Shown here: piece by piece, positions 44,887 to 54,900 of the stretch
Layout of the letters: each line of letters begins with the position of its first letter
How positions within the stretch are numbered: position 1 is the stretch's first letter
Source: an uncultured Methanosarcinales archaeon
Lineage (GTDB): Archaea > Halobacteriota > Methanosarcinia > Methanotrichales > Methanotrichaceae
Reading direction: 5' to 3'
DNA length: 64,000 nt
NCBI GenBank assembly: GCA_963843555.1
Contig: CAWJKV010000007.1
Span: forward strand, 96,001 to 160,000
The notes under the pieces: model-generated
What the model saw: the letters and a program-made list of their open reading frames with translations, nothing else
Databases searched by the model: none
What the model was told of the DNA's origin: nothing
Made by a program: the position numbers and the translations under genes

Positions 44887-44935
44887 AATTTATAGCTATT
44901 TGAGCTGTCATCATAAAAGTATGAACTATTATGAA
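44887..44935 (-). promoter_or_regulatory. Island regulon box plus BRE/TATA (site 4)
   Basis: TTCATAATAGTTCATACTTTTATGA-N8-CAAATAGCTATAAATT. Confidence 0.85.
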
Positions 44936-45102
44936 ATTGAAAATGCATAAGAGAACAGTAAGTGATATTTATCTGTTATAGATACCAGCAGCTTGCATTG
45001 AGAAGAGGTACCTTTGGGCAAAAGGGTGACGATACAAGAAGTGTTGCGCTTTATAAATGCACTAAGATAAATAATAATGCAATTATGTTTATAGGTTTCG
45101 CA

Positions 45103-45151
45103 TTCATATCAAATTCATACTCTTGGAAATGCTTCTCAAATACCTATTAAT
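45103..45151 (+). promoter_or_regulatory. Degenerate regulon box plus BRE/TATA (divergent from site 4)
   Basis: TTCATATCAAATTCATACTCTTGGAA...CTCAAATACCTATTAAT; third half-site lost and first spacer 1 nt longer. Confidence 0.55.
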
Positions 45152-45298
45152 ACCTAAAATACCTATATATCTAAACTCAACAAAACATTATCGGAAAGAT
45201 ATTAAGAACCGCTATGGACCAGTCCGGGCAGATTTGTAATCGGTATCAATAGCTGAAGATGCTTCAAATATGCCCTTGAGAACTGAAATGGAGGTTTT

Positions 45299-45982
45299 AT
45301 GTATAAAAATATAGCTCTAACCTTAATGGTGCTGTGGGTCCTAGCAGCACCAACACAGAGTTCCATAGGTGAAAACTTGACAACCATGATGGAACCGACG
45401 ATAATAGGGCAGATTAATCAAACGGACCGAATCGTCACTCCTGCGGAAGCTAATCTATGGCTCCAACAGAGAACCCTCTGGCAAGAGCGCGCTTTCTGGA
45501 CCAGGATGGCCATTATGGCTATACTCCAGGATTCGGCTGATAAGGGGCCCGTCGTGAAACGATTGATGAGAAACTATGAGGATACAGCTCAAAACCTTGT
45601 GCCTTATTATGGAAATGAGACCTCAGAAAAGTACGGCAATCTGATCCGAGACAATCTTCTGATCACAGCCGATTTCGCCAATGCAGTCAGGCAAAAAGAT
45701 AAGACAGCGCTGGCGAATGCAAGCGTCGAATGGAATAAGAACGTAGAGGATATAGCCGATTTCGAAAACACACTTGGCGCCAACCTGACTCCGGTCGATA
45801 GAAAAGCCATTTGGCTGCAGCAATTGAACCTCACCAAGAATGAGACAATGCAGCTGTCCGATAAAGATTACAGCACATCCATTGATACCTTCGACCGAAT
45901 CGAGGAATTGAGCAGTATGATGGCGGACTCGCTTGCTAACGGGATCATCCGAAGGTTCTCCGAGGAGTTCCATCAGAATTGA
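45299..45982 (+). CDS. Secreted helical-bundle hypothetical protein
   Basis: Signal peptide; LWQERAFWTR...RLMRN...PYYG motifs. Confidence 0.75.
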   Translation: MYKNIALTLMVLWVLAAPTQSSIGENLTTMMEPTIIGQINQTDRIVTPAEANLWLQQRTLWQERAFWTRMAIMAILQDSADKGPVVKRLMRNYEDTAQNLVPYYGNETSEKYGNLIRDNLLITADFANAVRQKDKTALANASVEWNKNVEDIADFENTLGANLTPVDRKAIWLQQLNLTKNETMQLSDKDYSTSIDTFDRIEELSSMMADSLANGIIRRFSEEFHQN

Positions 45983-46019
45983 TTGTGAATGATTCGTTTA
46001 GATGCTTCGAGGAAGAAAT

Positions 46020-47180
46020 ATGAAAAAAATCTTGGCTATGGCAGTGCTTCTGATACTCCTTTGCATGAATGCATGGGCTCAGCCGACACCGCCAGCAACA
46101 CCGCCCAGTCCAGAATCTCTGGGATTGCCGGTACCGGAAGCAACCAACAGTACCTCTGCTCCCCCAGTTTCTGAGACTACCCAGGCTGCAGTTTCCACAA
46201 CAGCAACCACTGCAGAAGCAGCTGCGCCCTCAACTCAGGCTACAACTACGGCCAGCACCAACATGGTAGTGCCCGTGGGAGTTCCAGTTCCTAATAAATT
46301 CTACATCCCCTACTCGCCATCAACCACGGCAAGCTGTTACTATGGTCAGTGGGTGCCTATGTGGCTTGATAATAAAGGATATGGCCCTCTGTATACATAC
46401 GAGTGGTATCCTGATGGGAGACTTGTAACACAATATCTCGCCAACATACCTTATCCGGGCTGGCTGAAGATGTGGTTCTATGGAGATGCCCCAGGCTGGC
46501 ACACCCTGCAGTACTACTGCAACGGCTGGAGCAATTACATCTATGTCTACGTAAATGGTGGCACGACGGCCCCAACTCAGCCGCCTGCTCAAGGCTGCAA
46601 TGCTAGAATTGTTGTCAGTTCACCGTATGCGAGAGGATATTCTGTTTACGTGGATGGCTACTATAAAGGAGGAGACGGCCAGAATGGAGACCCGATGGAC
46701 GGATATTATGAATTCTACGTTCCAGGAGGTCAGCTGCACACGATAAAGGTCTTCTATCAGGGTGGAACCTACCAGCAGACAAAGACCTACTACTGTGGAA
46801 GCACCTACATGATAACAATATCATCGGCACCGCCAACTGGAAGCACGCCGCCAGCGGAAACTACGCCGCCTGTAGAGCCAGTAGAGCCTACACCGCCTGT
46901 AGAGCCAGTGCCACCAGTAGAGCCTGTATATCCGACGCACCCTATAGAGTTACCTGCATATCCGACGCACCCTATAGTGATTGAACCTATACCTGTATAT
47001 CCGACACAGCCTATAGCGACTCCACCTGCTCTTCCGACACAGCCTATAGCGACTCCACCTGCTCTTCCAACACAGCCTATAGCGACTCCACCTGCTCTTC
47101 CAACACAGCCTATAGCGACTCCACCTGCAGTTCCAACACAGCCTATAGCGACTCCAACCCCTACAGTGACACCTTACTAG
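46020..47180 (+). CDS. Secreted Pro/Thr-rich protein with PEGA-like domain and C-terminal repeats
   Basis: Signal peptide; SVYVDGYYKG; PTQPIATPPAL repeats. Confidence 0.8.
   Translation: MKKILAMAVLLILLCMNAWAQPTPPATPPSPESLGLPVPEATNSTSAPPVSETTQAAVSTTATTAEAAAPSTQATTTASTNMVVPVGVPVPNKFYIPYSPSTTASCYYGQWVPMWLDNKGYGPLYTYEWYPDGRLVTQYLANIPYPGWLKMWFYGDAPGWHTLQYYCNGWSNYIYVYVNGGTTAPTQPPAQGCNARIVVSSPYARGYSVYVDGYYKGGDGQNGDPMDGYYEFYVPGGQLHTIKVFYQGGTYQQTKTYYCGSTYMITISSAPPTGSTPPAETTPPVEPVEPTPPVEPVPPVEPVYPTHPIELPAYPTHPIVIEPIPVYPTQPIATPPALPTQPIATPPALPTQPIATPPALPTQPIATPPAVPTQPIATPTPTVTPY
47001..47160 (+). repeat. Coding tandem repeat, 33 bp x about 5 (PTQPIATPPAL)
   Basis: Units start at 47001, 47034, 47067, 47100 and 47133. 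Confidence 0.95.
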
Positions 47181-47514
47181 GCGATTGATTGTGAAGTAAT
47201 AGGGCATCCTTGGATGCTCTATTGCTGAATCAAGATCCATTTTTTTGGTATAATTATATGTCAAAATGAATAATTTATCGGCTATTTCGAGTTATAGCCA
47301 AGGATACCGAAAATTTTGAAGAGCGACTCCACCCGAGCAGACAGTGACACTTACTAAGCAATTGATTGTGAAGTAATAGGGCATCCTTGGATGCTCTATT
47401 ACTGAATCGAGATCCAATTTTTTTATAACTATGACTCAAAAAAAGTGATTGATCGGTTATTTCGATCTCGCTTCTTACTTGCTATAGCCAAGGATACCGA
47501 AAATCTTGAAGAGC
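47147..47514. repeat. Diverged tandem duplication (about 180-190 bp) spanning both convergent gene ends and the intergenic hairpin
   Basis: Unit 1 about 47147-47324, unit 2 about 47322-47514; both contain ACAGTGACAC...GGGCATCCTTGGATGCTC...TATAGCCAAGGATACCGAAAAT. Confidence 0.9.
47198..47223. terminator. Hairpin between convergent genes (second copy at 47374-47401)
   Basis: AATAGGGCATCC-TT-GGATGCTCTATT with a T-tract shortly downstream. Confidence 0.5.
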
Positions 47515-47819
47515 TTTTTAAAATCTACGTTTTTAGTCTCCACGGTGACAGCCGCAGTCCCCGCGGCAATCAGTGTCATATCACCGCCACTGTATATCAG
47601 AGCACGTGTGGGGCTCCAATTCCTCGGTGCTTCGCGAGCAAATTCTCTAAACGTGGAGGTGATCTCCATAAGCATTTTGCTTGTGTGCTCCTTAACTATC
47701 TCGGGATCTACAATACCCTTGGCCTTCCAGTCAACGATTCGTCCCATATCATCCAATTTCGCTACGGCAATGACACCATCCACTTGAAATAAGTCGTCTG
47801 TATTTACCAAAGAAAACAC
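47475..47819 (-). CDS. DUF2173-like (roadblock-type) protein
   Basis: DGVIAVAKLDDMG, WSP...YSGGD and VET.NVDFKKLF motifs. Confidence 0.75.
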   Translation of the reverse strand: MFSLVNTDDLFQVDGVIAVAKLDDMGRIVDWKAKGIVDPEIVKEHTSKMLMEITSTFREFAREAPRNWSPTRALIYSGGDMTLIAAGTAAVTVETKNVDFKKLFKIFGILGYSK

Positions 47820-47846
47820 CTCTATTCTTTTTTACTCTTTGCGAAA

Positions 47847-47894
47847 ATAAATAGATATTTGAGATTCCATCATAAAAATATGAAAAGTTATGAA
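47847..47894 (-). promoter_or_regulatory. Island regulon box plus BRE/TATA (site 5)
   Basis: TTCATAACTTTTCATATTTTTATGA-N8-CAAATATCTATTTAT. Confidence 0.85.
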
Positions 47895-47981
47895 CCAGGA
47901 CTTGGCCCATGACCCCGGCAAGATGAAGAAATAGCGATCAGAAAAGAGGATTAGCTGCGATCTGATCGCTTATCGATCGAA

Positions 47982-48539
47982 TTATTCCGTCTCAAATGGC
48001 TTGTCCGGCGCCATTACGGAAAGAGTCAATGTATTATTTCCGGTGGTGACACCTGTTACTTTGTAGCCCTTGGCCAAAGCATTCTGATATGCATCGTTGG
48101 CGGCCACCTCTACCTCCTCCAGGGCTGACTTTATGGGGCCCACCCAGGTCTCCTCAGGCAAGTTGAGGAATCCCACCTTTAAAACCTTAGGCTCAACTTT
48201 GAGGGTATCATTTACGATGCTGACATTGGCCTCCACTGCTACATTTTGATCTACACCAATGAGTCCGCCGCCTATTCTTAGTACCGCATTTACCTCTATA
48301 GGCTCATTCTCCTTTAGCTGTACATTGATATCCTTCACTCCCTTGGGACCCAGCTCCTCCATATCTGCCGTTATGACGCGATTGAGATAGTCTTCACTTA
48401 AAGTCACAATCATATCAGGAGTGCTCTGCGATGGGAGCACGGTCCCTTCCTGGCCCAGCACCGCAGACTGTCCAACGAGAAGAACCATTAAGGCAATTCC
48501 TAGCACGCATATTTTCGGGAAAAAAAAGGGGGTTTTCAT
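47982..48539 (-). CDS. Secreted hypothetical protein (possible tubular lipid-binding-like fold)
   Basis: Signal peptide; VTLSEDYLNR helix followed by long beta strands. The fold is inference. Confidence 0.65.
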   Translation of the reverse strand: MKTPFFFPKICVLGIALMVLLVGQSAVLGQEGTVLPSQSTPDMIVTLSEDYLNRVITADMEELGPKGVKDINVQLKENEPIEVNAVLRIGGGLIGVDQNVAVEANVSIVNDTLKVEPKVLKVGFLNLPEETWVGPIKSALEEVEVAANDAYQNALAKGYKVTGVTTGNNTLTLSVMAPDKPFETE

Positions 48540-48562
48540 GATGTATACCTCTAAAAATTGCT

Positions 48563-48844
48563 TCAAGCTCCAAGCAGCTTCTGCTTGGCTGCAGTGAATT
48601 CTGCGTCAGTTAGCACTCCAGATTGATGCAGCTGTGCGAGTTTTTGCAGCTCGGCAGTCACATCCACTCCTGGAGCCGGGGCAGGGGCTGGTGCAGCGTA
48701 AACCGGCTGTGCCTGCATCTGCTGAATCTGGGCGTCCTGCGCCTCCTCATGGGCGGCATTCTGTGCGCCTGCCTTTCCCATATGATATGCAGCTCCACCT
48801 ACCACGGCTGCGCCTAGCAGTCTCCTTCGTCTCATTAATGGCAT
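48563..48844 (-). CDS. SHOCT domain protein
   Basis: LQKLAQLHQSGVLTDAEFTAAKQKLL. Confidence 0.9.
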   Translation of the reverse strand: MPLMRRRRLLGAAVVGGAAYHMGKAGAQNAAHEEAQDAQIQQMQAQPVYAAPAPAPAPGVDVTAELQKLAQLHQSGVLTDAEFTAAKQKLLGA

Positions 48845-49004
48845 AATAACTCTCCTCTTTTTGATCTATTTGTATTTCCATCGCCAACAAAAGTTAGCAA
48901 GTCAGTACATGGCTTGATCAACTCTAAAAATGGGTATCAAAGCCTAATTCTTGAAGGGCGGGTGTGCCCTTCAAATATCGCCGATTTTTTTTGGACAAAC
49001 TAGC

Positions 49005-49355
49005 TTATTTATTCTTTGCATATTCTTCAATCTCGTACCCCAGGGCAAATGATATCTCAGTAGCAGCTGGGATGATGCGAGCCAAGCCTACTGTGGGAGC
49101 CAGTGCGACGAGAACGCCTGTTATTTCCTCGGGTGTTACTCCCGCTCCCTTGGCCAATTCAACATTCCAGACATACGAGGCTGGCGATGCATTCATGGCT
49201 ACGAGAGACGCAATTTTGACCAGGGCATAGGTTTTGGGGTCCAGGCCGGACTGCTCTATATTTTCGACTTGCGTTTTTAATAGACTATCGATTAGCTCGG
49301 GCTTCATCGTGGCCAGACCAGCTAATATTACTTCTGCGTTATTTAATTTCCCCAT
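49005..49355 (-). CDS. Carboxymuconolactone decarboxylase (CMD/AhpD-like) family protein
   Basis: SGLDPKTYALVKIASLVA..A.PASY and GVTPEEI motifs. Confidence 0.85.
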   Translation of the reverse strand: MGKLNNAEVILAGLATMKPELIDSLLKTQVENIEQSGLDPKTYALVKIASLVAMNASPASYVWNVELAKGAGVTPEEITGVLVALAPTVGLARIIPAATEISFALGYEIEEYAKNK

Positions 49356-49419
49356 ATTTCCACCTTTGAAATTCGATTGCTGTTTTCCAGAAAGGAATAA
49401 CTCTCATTTGCTTTGTATC

Positions 49420-49468
49420 AATTTATAGCTATTTGAGAAGCTGCCATAAAAGTATGAAACGTTATGAA
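49420..49468 (-). promoter_or_regulatory. Island regulon box plus BRE/TATA (site 6)
   Basis: TTCATAACGTTTCATACTTTTATGG-N8-CAAATAGCTATAAAT. Confidence 0.85.
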
Positions 49469-49541
49469 GGTTGAACTACCGCGCATGAAGGGCACTGCTT
49501 CCCACTTTATCCCGGTAAGAATGATTGGCCAAAGAAGCTCA

Positions 49542-49589
49542 TCATAACTTTTCATACTTTTCTGACTAACTCTTAAATATCTATAAATT
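49542..49589 (+). promoter_or_regulatory. Island regulon box plus BRE/TATA (site 7, Tes-like gene; divergent from site 6)
   Basis: TCATAACTTTTCATACTTTTCTGA-N8-TAAATATCTATAAATT. Confidence 0.85.
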
Positions 49590-49623
49590 AAATAAGCAGA
49601 AATAGGAGCAAAGAGGAAACAAG

Positions 49624-51168
49624 ATGTCAAGAATCCATGAAGGGCCATTAGTTCAGTCGGACTCCGTCACATGTTGGGATGTGCCCATCGCGGAAAATTC
49701 GAGTGGTAGGGATATTATACTCAGCGACTATTCAAAGGCTGCTATCGATAAAACAGTATCCTCTCTATGTCCTGTATGTCTCAAGGTGGTTTCTGCACAC
49801 CTATTTCAGGAGAACGGCAAGGTCCTCATGGAGAAAGAGTGCGATGATCATGGAAATTTTCGGGAGATTTATTGGTCCGATGCAATATCATATAATAGAT
49901 TCATTAAGTATTTGCAGAACGGCCACAAATCAAGCAACTTTGCCACAGAGCAGAAAGGATGCCCTCTTGATTGCGGCATCTGCAAAAATCACATCACGAA
50001 CACTTTACTAGGGAATATTGATCTGACCAGCAGATGCAATATGGCCTGCCCTATATGTTTTGCTGATGCCGGAGGCGACCATCTGGACCCCAATTTGGAC
50101 GAAATTTGGTCTATGATGAAAAACCTCAGAGCAGAAAAACCGGCCCCCTGCCCGGCAGTACAGTTTTCCGGTGGCGAACCGACCCTGAGAGATGATCTGC
50201 CAGAGATAATCAGCATGGCTAAAAAATTGGGTTTTTCGCAGATCCAGATAGCGACTAATGGCCTGCGCCTCGCTAAAAGTCTGGAATTCTGCAAATCGAT
50301 CCAGAAAAGCGGCCTTAACACGGCCTACCTCCAGTTCGATGGTGTAACTGCTGAGCCATATATATCCAATCGCGGCCGGGATGTTCTGCCCATGAAGCTT
50401 CAAGCCCTGGAGAATTTAAAAAAGGCAGGCATGGAAAGCGTGGTGTTGGTTCCAACGCTTGCAAAGGGCATAAACGATCATCAGGTGGGAGAAATAGTTG
50501 GATTCGCCTCCAAAAACCTGGATATAGTGAATGGTGTGAACTTCCAGCCTATTTCTTTCACTGGCAGGATGGATGCAGAGGAAAGAGCAGAAAAAAGGAT
50601 AACCATACCAGATTTCTTTTCCCTTTTAGAGGAGCAGATGAATAACGAGATTACACGGGATGACTTCTATCCCATACCTTTCATAATTCCACTATCAGAT
50701 TTATTGGCCGCACAATCAGATAGAGTCCAACCGGTCTTTACCATTCATCCCTGTTGCGGCGCTGCTACCTACGTTTACAAATTCAATGGCCGTCTGATCC
50801 CCTTGACAAGATTTATCGATGTCGAAGGGCTGCTGGAAAGAATCAGGATAGAGGCTGAGAACTTCAATGGGTCCAGCTTTAGTAAGCTTAAGATGACCGG
50901 CATGATCTTAAAGGAGCTGCCCAAGTTTGTGGATGAGGACCAGGCACCTAGCGATCTGAAATTAACTCGAATGCTCATCCGCATCTTTAGAAATGGGACA
51001 CGTGAATCTTTAAGAGAGTTCCATAAAAAGACACTTTTTATTGGAACCATGCACTTCCAGGATGCCTATAATATTGATCTAGAGAGGCTGCAGAGATGTG
51101 GCATCCATTATGCTCTGCCTGACGGGAGGGTCATACCGTTCTGCGCTTATAATATCATTTACAGGTAG
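49624..51168 (+). CDS. tes: Radical SAM enzyme of the tetraether synthase (Tes/GDGT-MAS, MJ0619) family
   Basis: CPVC...ECDDHG rubredoxin-like site, CPLDCGIC, CNMACPIC, HPCCG, MHFQDAYN, RCGIHY and IPFCAYN. Confidence 0.8.
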   Translation: MSRIHEGPLVQSDSVTCWDVPIAENSSGRDIILSDYSKAAIDKTVSSLCPVCLKVVSAHLFQENGKVLMEKECDDHGNFREIYWSDAISYNRFIKYLQNGHKSSNFATEQKGCPLDCGICKNHITNTLLGNIDLTSRCNMACPICFADAGGDHLDPNLDEIWSMMKNLRAEKPAPCPAVQFSGGEPTLRDDLPEIISMAKKLGFSQIQIATNGLRLAKSLEFCKSIQKSGLNTAYLQFDGVTAEPYISNRGRDVLPMKLQALENLKKAGMESVVLVPTLAKGINDHQVGEIVGFASKNLDIVNGVNFQPISFTGRMDAEERAEKRITIPDFFSLLEEQMNNEITRDDFYPIPFIIPLSDLLAAQSDRVQPVFTIHPCCGAATYVYKFNGRLIPLTRFIDVEGLLERIRIEAENFNGSSFSKLKMTGMILKELPKFVDEDQAPSDLKLTRMLIRIFRNGTRESLREFHKKTLFIGTMHFQDAYNIDLERLQRCGIHYALPDGRVIPFCAYNIIYR

Positions 51169-51301
51169 GTGATAAATTCGTCAGACATATTAGCATTTGA
51201 AGGATTACGGTTATAAAATAGTTGTGACCGGTGGGAGAGATATTGAACAAGAGGAGAAAATAAAACTCCGTTACGATTCATGATATAATGAGGTGCTGCA
51301 A

Positions 51302-51382
51302 ATGGATTTAAAGCTAATTGCTATGATATTACTGGCATTTGTTATACTGGGCTGGATCAGCTACATTTTACTCGTTCGATGA
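51302..51382 (+). CDS. Putative 26-aa single-TM small protein
   Basis: GAGGTG SD; MDLKLIAMILLAFVILGWISYILLVR. Confidence 0.5.
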   Translation: MDLKLIAMILLAFVILGWISYILLVR

Positions 51383-51412
51383 TGCTTAAAAATTAATAAA
51401 AAAAACACTTTT

Positions 51413-51736
51413 TTACTGCAGCCATCTGAAGCCAGGCTTATTGATATTGTTGAAATTCTTGATAGTGCCTACCGCATCGTTCTTGGGCATTTCGCTCTTG
51501 AAGATCTTCGATGCTACGCAGCGCAGAGCCGCTTTCTCCAACAATATGGATTTACTATCCTCAGGCTTATCCACTAGGCCATAATGCTTGAAGAGGTGCT
51601 CCTTATCCGCTTGCTCATGTATATATCCCTCTCCCCACTTAGTCATCATTAGCGATGCCTCATCGAGGAGTTTTTGGTCAAAGCTCTCCGGGATCTGGCA
51701 ATCCTGTATTAGCTTCATGAAATCATCTTTCTTCAT
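51413..51736 (-). CDS. Hypothetical protein
   Basis: 107-aa ORF, GAGG SD, preceded by a regulon box. Confidence 0.75.
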   Translation of the reverse strand: MKKDDFMKLIQDCQIPESFDQKLLDEASLMMTKWGEGYIHEQADKEHLFKHYGLVDKPEDSKSILLEKAALRCVASKIFKSEMPKNDAVGTIKNFNNINKPGFRWLQ

Positions 51737-51892
51737 CTTATACCAACCTCAACTTTAAACATTTTTTTAATCCATTTCTATTAAGACATAGCCACTATTA
51801 TGGTTCTATCCTTCTCGGGCCTTATCAACCACTTGTACTTGTGCAACCTCTCCATTCTTCATTTGGATACCATCTTAATGTTACTTATTTGG

Positions 51893-51940
51893 ATTTATAG
51901 ATATTTGTGAAACCCTGACAGAAGTATGAAAAGATATGAA
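51893..51940 (-). promoter_or_regulatory. Island regulon box plus BRE/TATA (site 8)
   Basis: TTCATATCTTTTCATACTTCTGTCA-N8-CAAATATCTATAAAT. Confidence 0.8.
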
Positions 51941-51980
51941 TAGCCCTTTCAATCGGCCTCAAGCCTACCTCTTATCTACT

Positions 51981-54900
51981 CTACCATTCCTTTATCCGCA
52001 TATTGCTTGTTTTAACGCGGGTTTTCCATATATTATAAATAATCTGCAGACGTTCGTTATCGCTTATCATAGCTTCATCAGCCAGTTTGTGTTCGGTAAG
52101 ATCCTGCTGGAGGCACAGGTATCCTTCCGGTTCTCTGGCTTCTCCCAGGGAAGCAATTATATTTTCAATGTAGATATGCCCTGCTCGACTCGGAGGCATC
52201 TTTTTATCTATGTCGGTATCCTTTGCCTTAGCGGTTTTCATCTTGATCCATCTGCCTTCACTGACAATTTGGCCGTCTTCCAGCTTATGTTTGCTTTCAA
52301 TATCTGCTATTACTTCACGGAATATGTTATACCTCTTATGCTTGCCAGTACCAATCAAGCTCATAATTTTCTCGCTTACCTGGTTGGAATTAACTATAAA
52401 ACCTTCTGAATCATACAGCTGAATGCCGATGGGAGATAGCTCAAAGATCTTCCTGAATCGCTCCTCGCGTTCGCTCAAGTCTTTTTCCATTTTCTTTCTA
52501 TCTGTTATATCCAGGCTTGAACCAATTAAGCATAAAGGTTTGCCCGCTGCATCTTTAACAATGTTTGCAGATAGATGGATATCGAATGTAGAACCGTCTT
52601 TTTTCTTACCGACAATGTCGCCTGACCAGGCTCCTTTTTTGAGTGAGGCATCTATTACTTCATCAATTTCACCAGGATCACCAAAGAACACCCGAGCGGG
52701 CTTACCCAGGACCTCATCCTTTTTGTATCCCCACAGATCTAAGGCAGCCGCATTGACATAGGTAAGAATTCCTTTGGTATCAGCAATAACCGTCGCTGTA
52801 ATTGCAGCCTCGATGGCAGCATCTTTAATCCTCAGGCTTTCCTCCATTTTCCGTTGCTCTGTTATATCTATAACTACACATAGTGCACCCCAATCAGAAA
52901 TAGGAGTGGGAACTGCTTTAGTGTTGGCCCAAACAATTTCCCCATTTTCTTTTTCAATCCCAATTTCGATGTACGGGGTAGGCTTTTTCTCATGCATCGC
53001 CTTTCCTGCAGGGAAATTTTTATATAAATTATCCTCTGTATCCTTTGGATTTGGCAAAATGCTTCCATCAGCCGAGAAGCATTTCCACTCCCAATGTTTT
53101 TTTCGATTTAATTCATCCAGGGACAAATCCGTGAAATCGATGAAGGATTGATTAGCCTCGATAATTCTGCACTCTTTATCTACCACATATATTCCAATAG
53201 GTATAAGATCAAAAATAGCCTTAAGTTTATTCTCGCTTTCCATCAATTTTTTCTGTGCCTTTTTGCTTTCGCTGATATCAACGAATGAGCTGATTATACA
53301 GACGGATCTATCTGATCTATCCTTGACAGTGCTTATGGAGAGGTGAACATCCATGTATGAGCCGTCTTTTTTCCTGAAAACCAGCTCACCCTCCCATCTG
53401 CCAGTTGCAGATATTTGCTTTGCTATTTTATCGGCATCTTTGGGGTATTGCAGGAAATCATGGAGAGAATGCCCCACAATTTCTTCTCTTTCATATCCCA
53501 TCTTCCTCAGCCAGGATTCATTGGCATAGAATAGATCTCCCGACGAATTGGCCAGAGATATGGCATTCAGGGACGATTCAATTGCCTCGTCCTTAATTCT
53601 CAGAGACTTCTCCTTCTCCGCTCGTTCAGTGATATCGCGGGTGACTACTCCTATGCTAAAACCATTCTCCGTCTTTATGGGGAAGAGCACCTCGTGAATG
53701 GTTCTGCGCGTTCCATCAGCTAGCTGGATCTCCTGGTCCTCAAACCATCCCTTCAGGGCTATTCGTCCCTTATCAGTAAGCCGGATCAAAAAGGATTTTA
53801 TCTTCTCGTAATCTTCCTCGGTTTTTTGATCATCCGGAATTAATTGAAACTCGACATCCCATGCAAATTTGCCTAGCACTTCTTCTCGCTTTAAGCCGGT
53901 GATATATTCCTGGGAGTCATTCCATTCTACAATTTTGCCGCTGTAGTCTATAAGGCTTATGCCGTCCTCCGAGTTCTCTACAATGCTGCGGAACTTTTGT
54001 TCGCTCTCTCGCAGCGCCTCATCGATCTGCTTGAGCTTCGTGATCTCCATATGATGCCATAATCGACCGTAGGATTTTCCATCGATGAATATAGGAATAA
54101 AATCTCGCAGGCATGTCTTCCCACCTTGCAGAGAGACTTCCTGACCTTTTACCGGTTGCCCTTGGTTCACGATCTCCTCGATGCGGGCGACTTCCTCATC
54201 TGGATTTAAAAAAGAGTCCTTTATCTTTCCGATAATCTCCTGAGAACCGAGCCCAACTAATTCTTGAGGCGCGTCCTTCAGATCAAATAGGCTGCAGAAT
54301 GCTTGATTGGCATACTCGATTCGATCCTCATCAGTCACAAGCAAGATGCCGGCATACAGGCTGGAAAGAATAGCGTATGAGCGCTGCAAAGTAGTGCGCA
54401 GTTGGTCTTCTGACTTCTTTCCACCGGTGATATCCTCAAAGGTGCTGTAGACCCGGTAAGGTTTTATTTCTCCCGGTAGAAATTGAGGTATAGCATTGAT
54501 ATTTATCCATCTATATTCCATGGCATTAGAGTTGAAGATCCCCATCACAATGTTCTCGACAGTCTTCCCTGTAGCTAAGGCGATCATGGCGGGATGGGTC
54601 TCTCCAGGAAAATCTGAGCCATCTTCATGTATTGCCTTCCACCCTGGATCATTGGATGTCCTGCCTTCAATCTGGCCCGAGGTCAAGCCAAGAATCCTTT
54701 GCGCGGCAGGATTTGCTGAGATTATGTTCCCATTATCATCTTGATATACTACGCCCTGCACCATAGTCTCAAAGAGCAGGCGGTATTGTTCTTCAGATTG
54801 CCTTAGCTGCTCTTCTGCTTTTTTGCGATCGGCAATTACCTGGAAATATACGGATATGCCATTCTCTCTGGGGTACACCCGTACATCATACCAATTTTCA

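Noticed and set aside
51166..51168. TAG at the end of the Tes-like gene as pyrrolysine read-through
   Set aside because: No pyl genes in the window, and the downstream 15 codons show no recognisable conservation.
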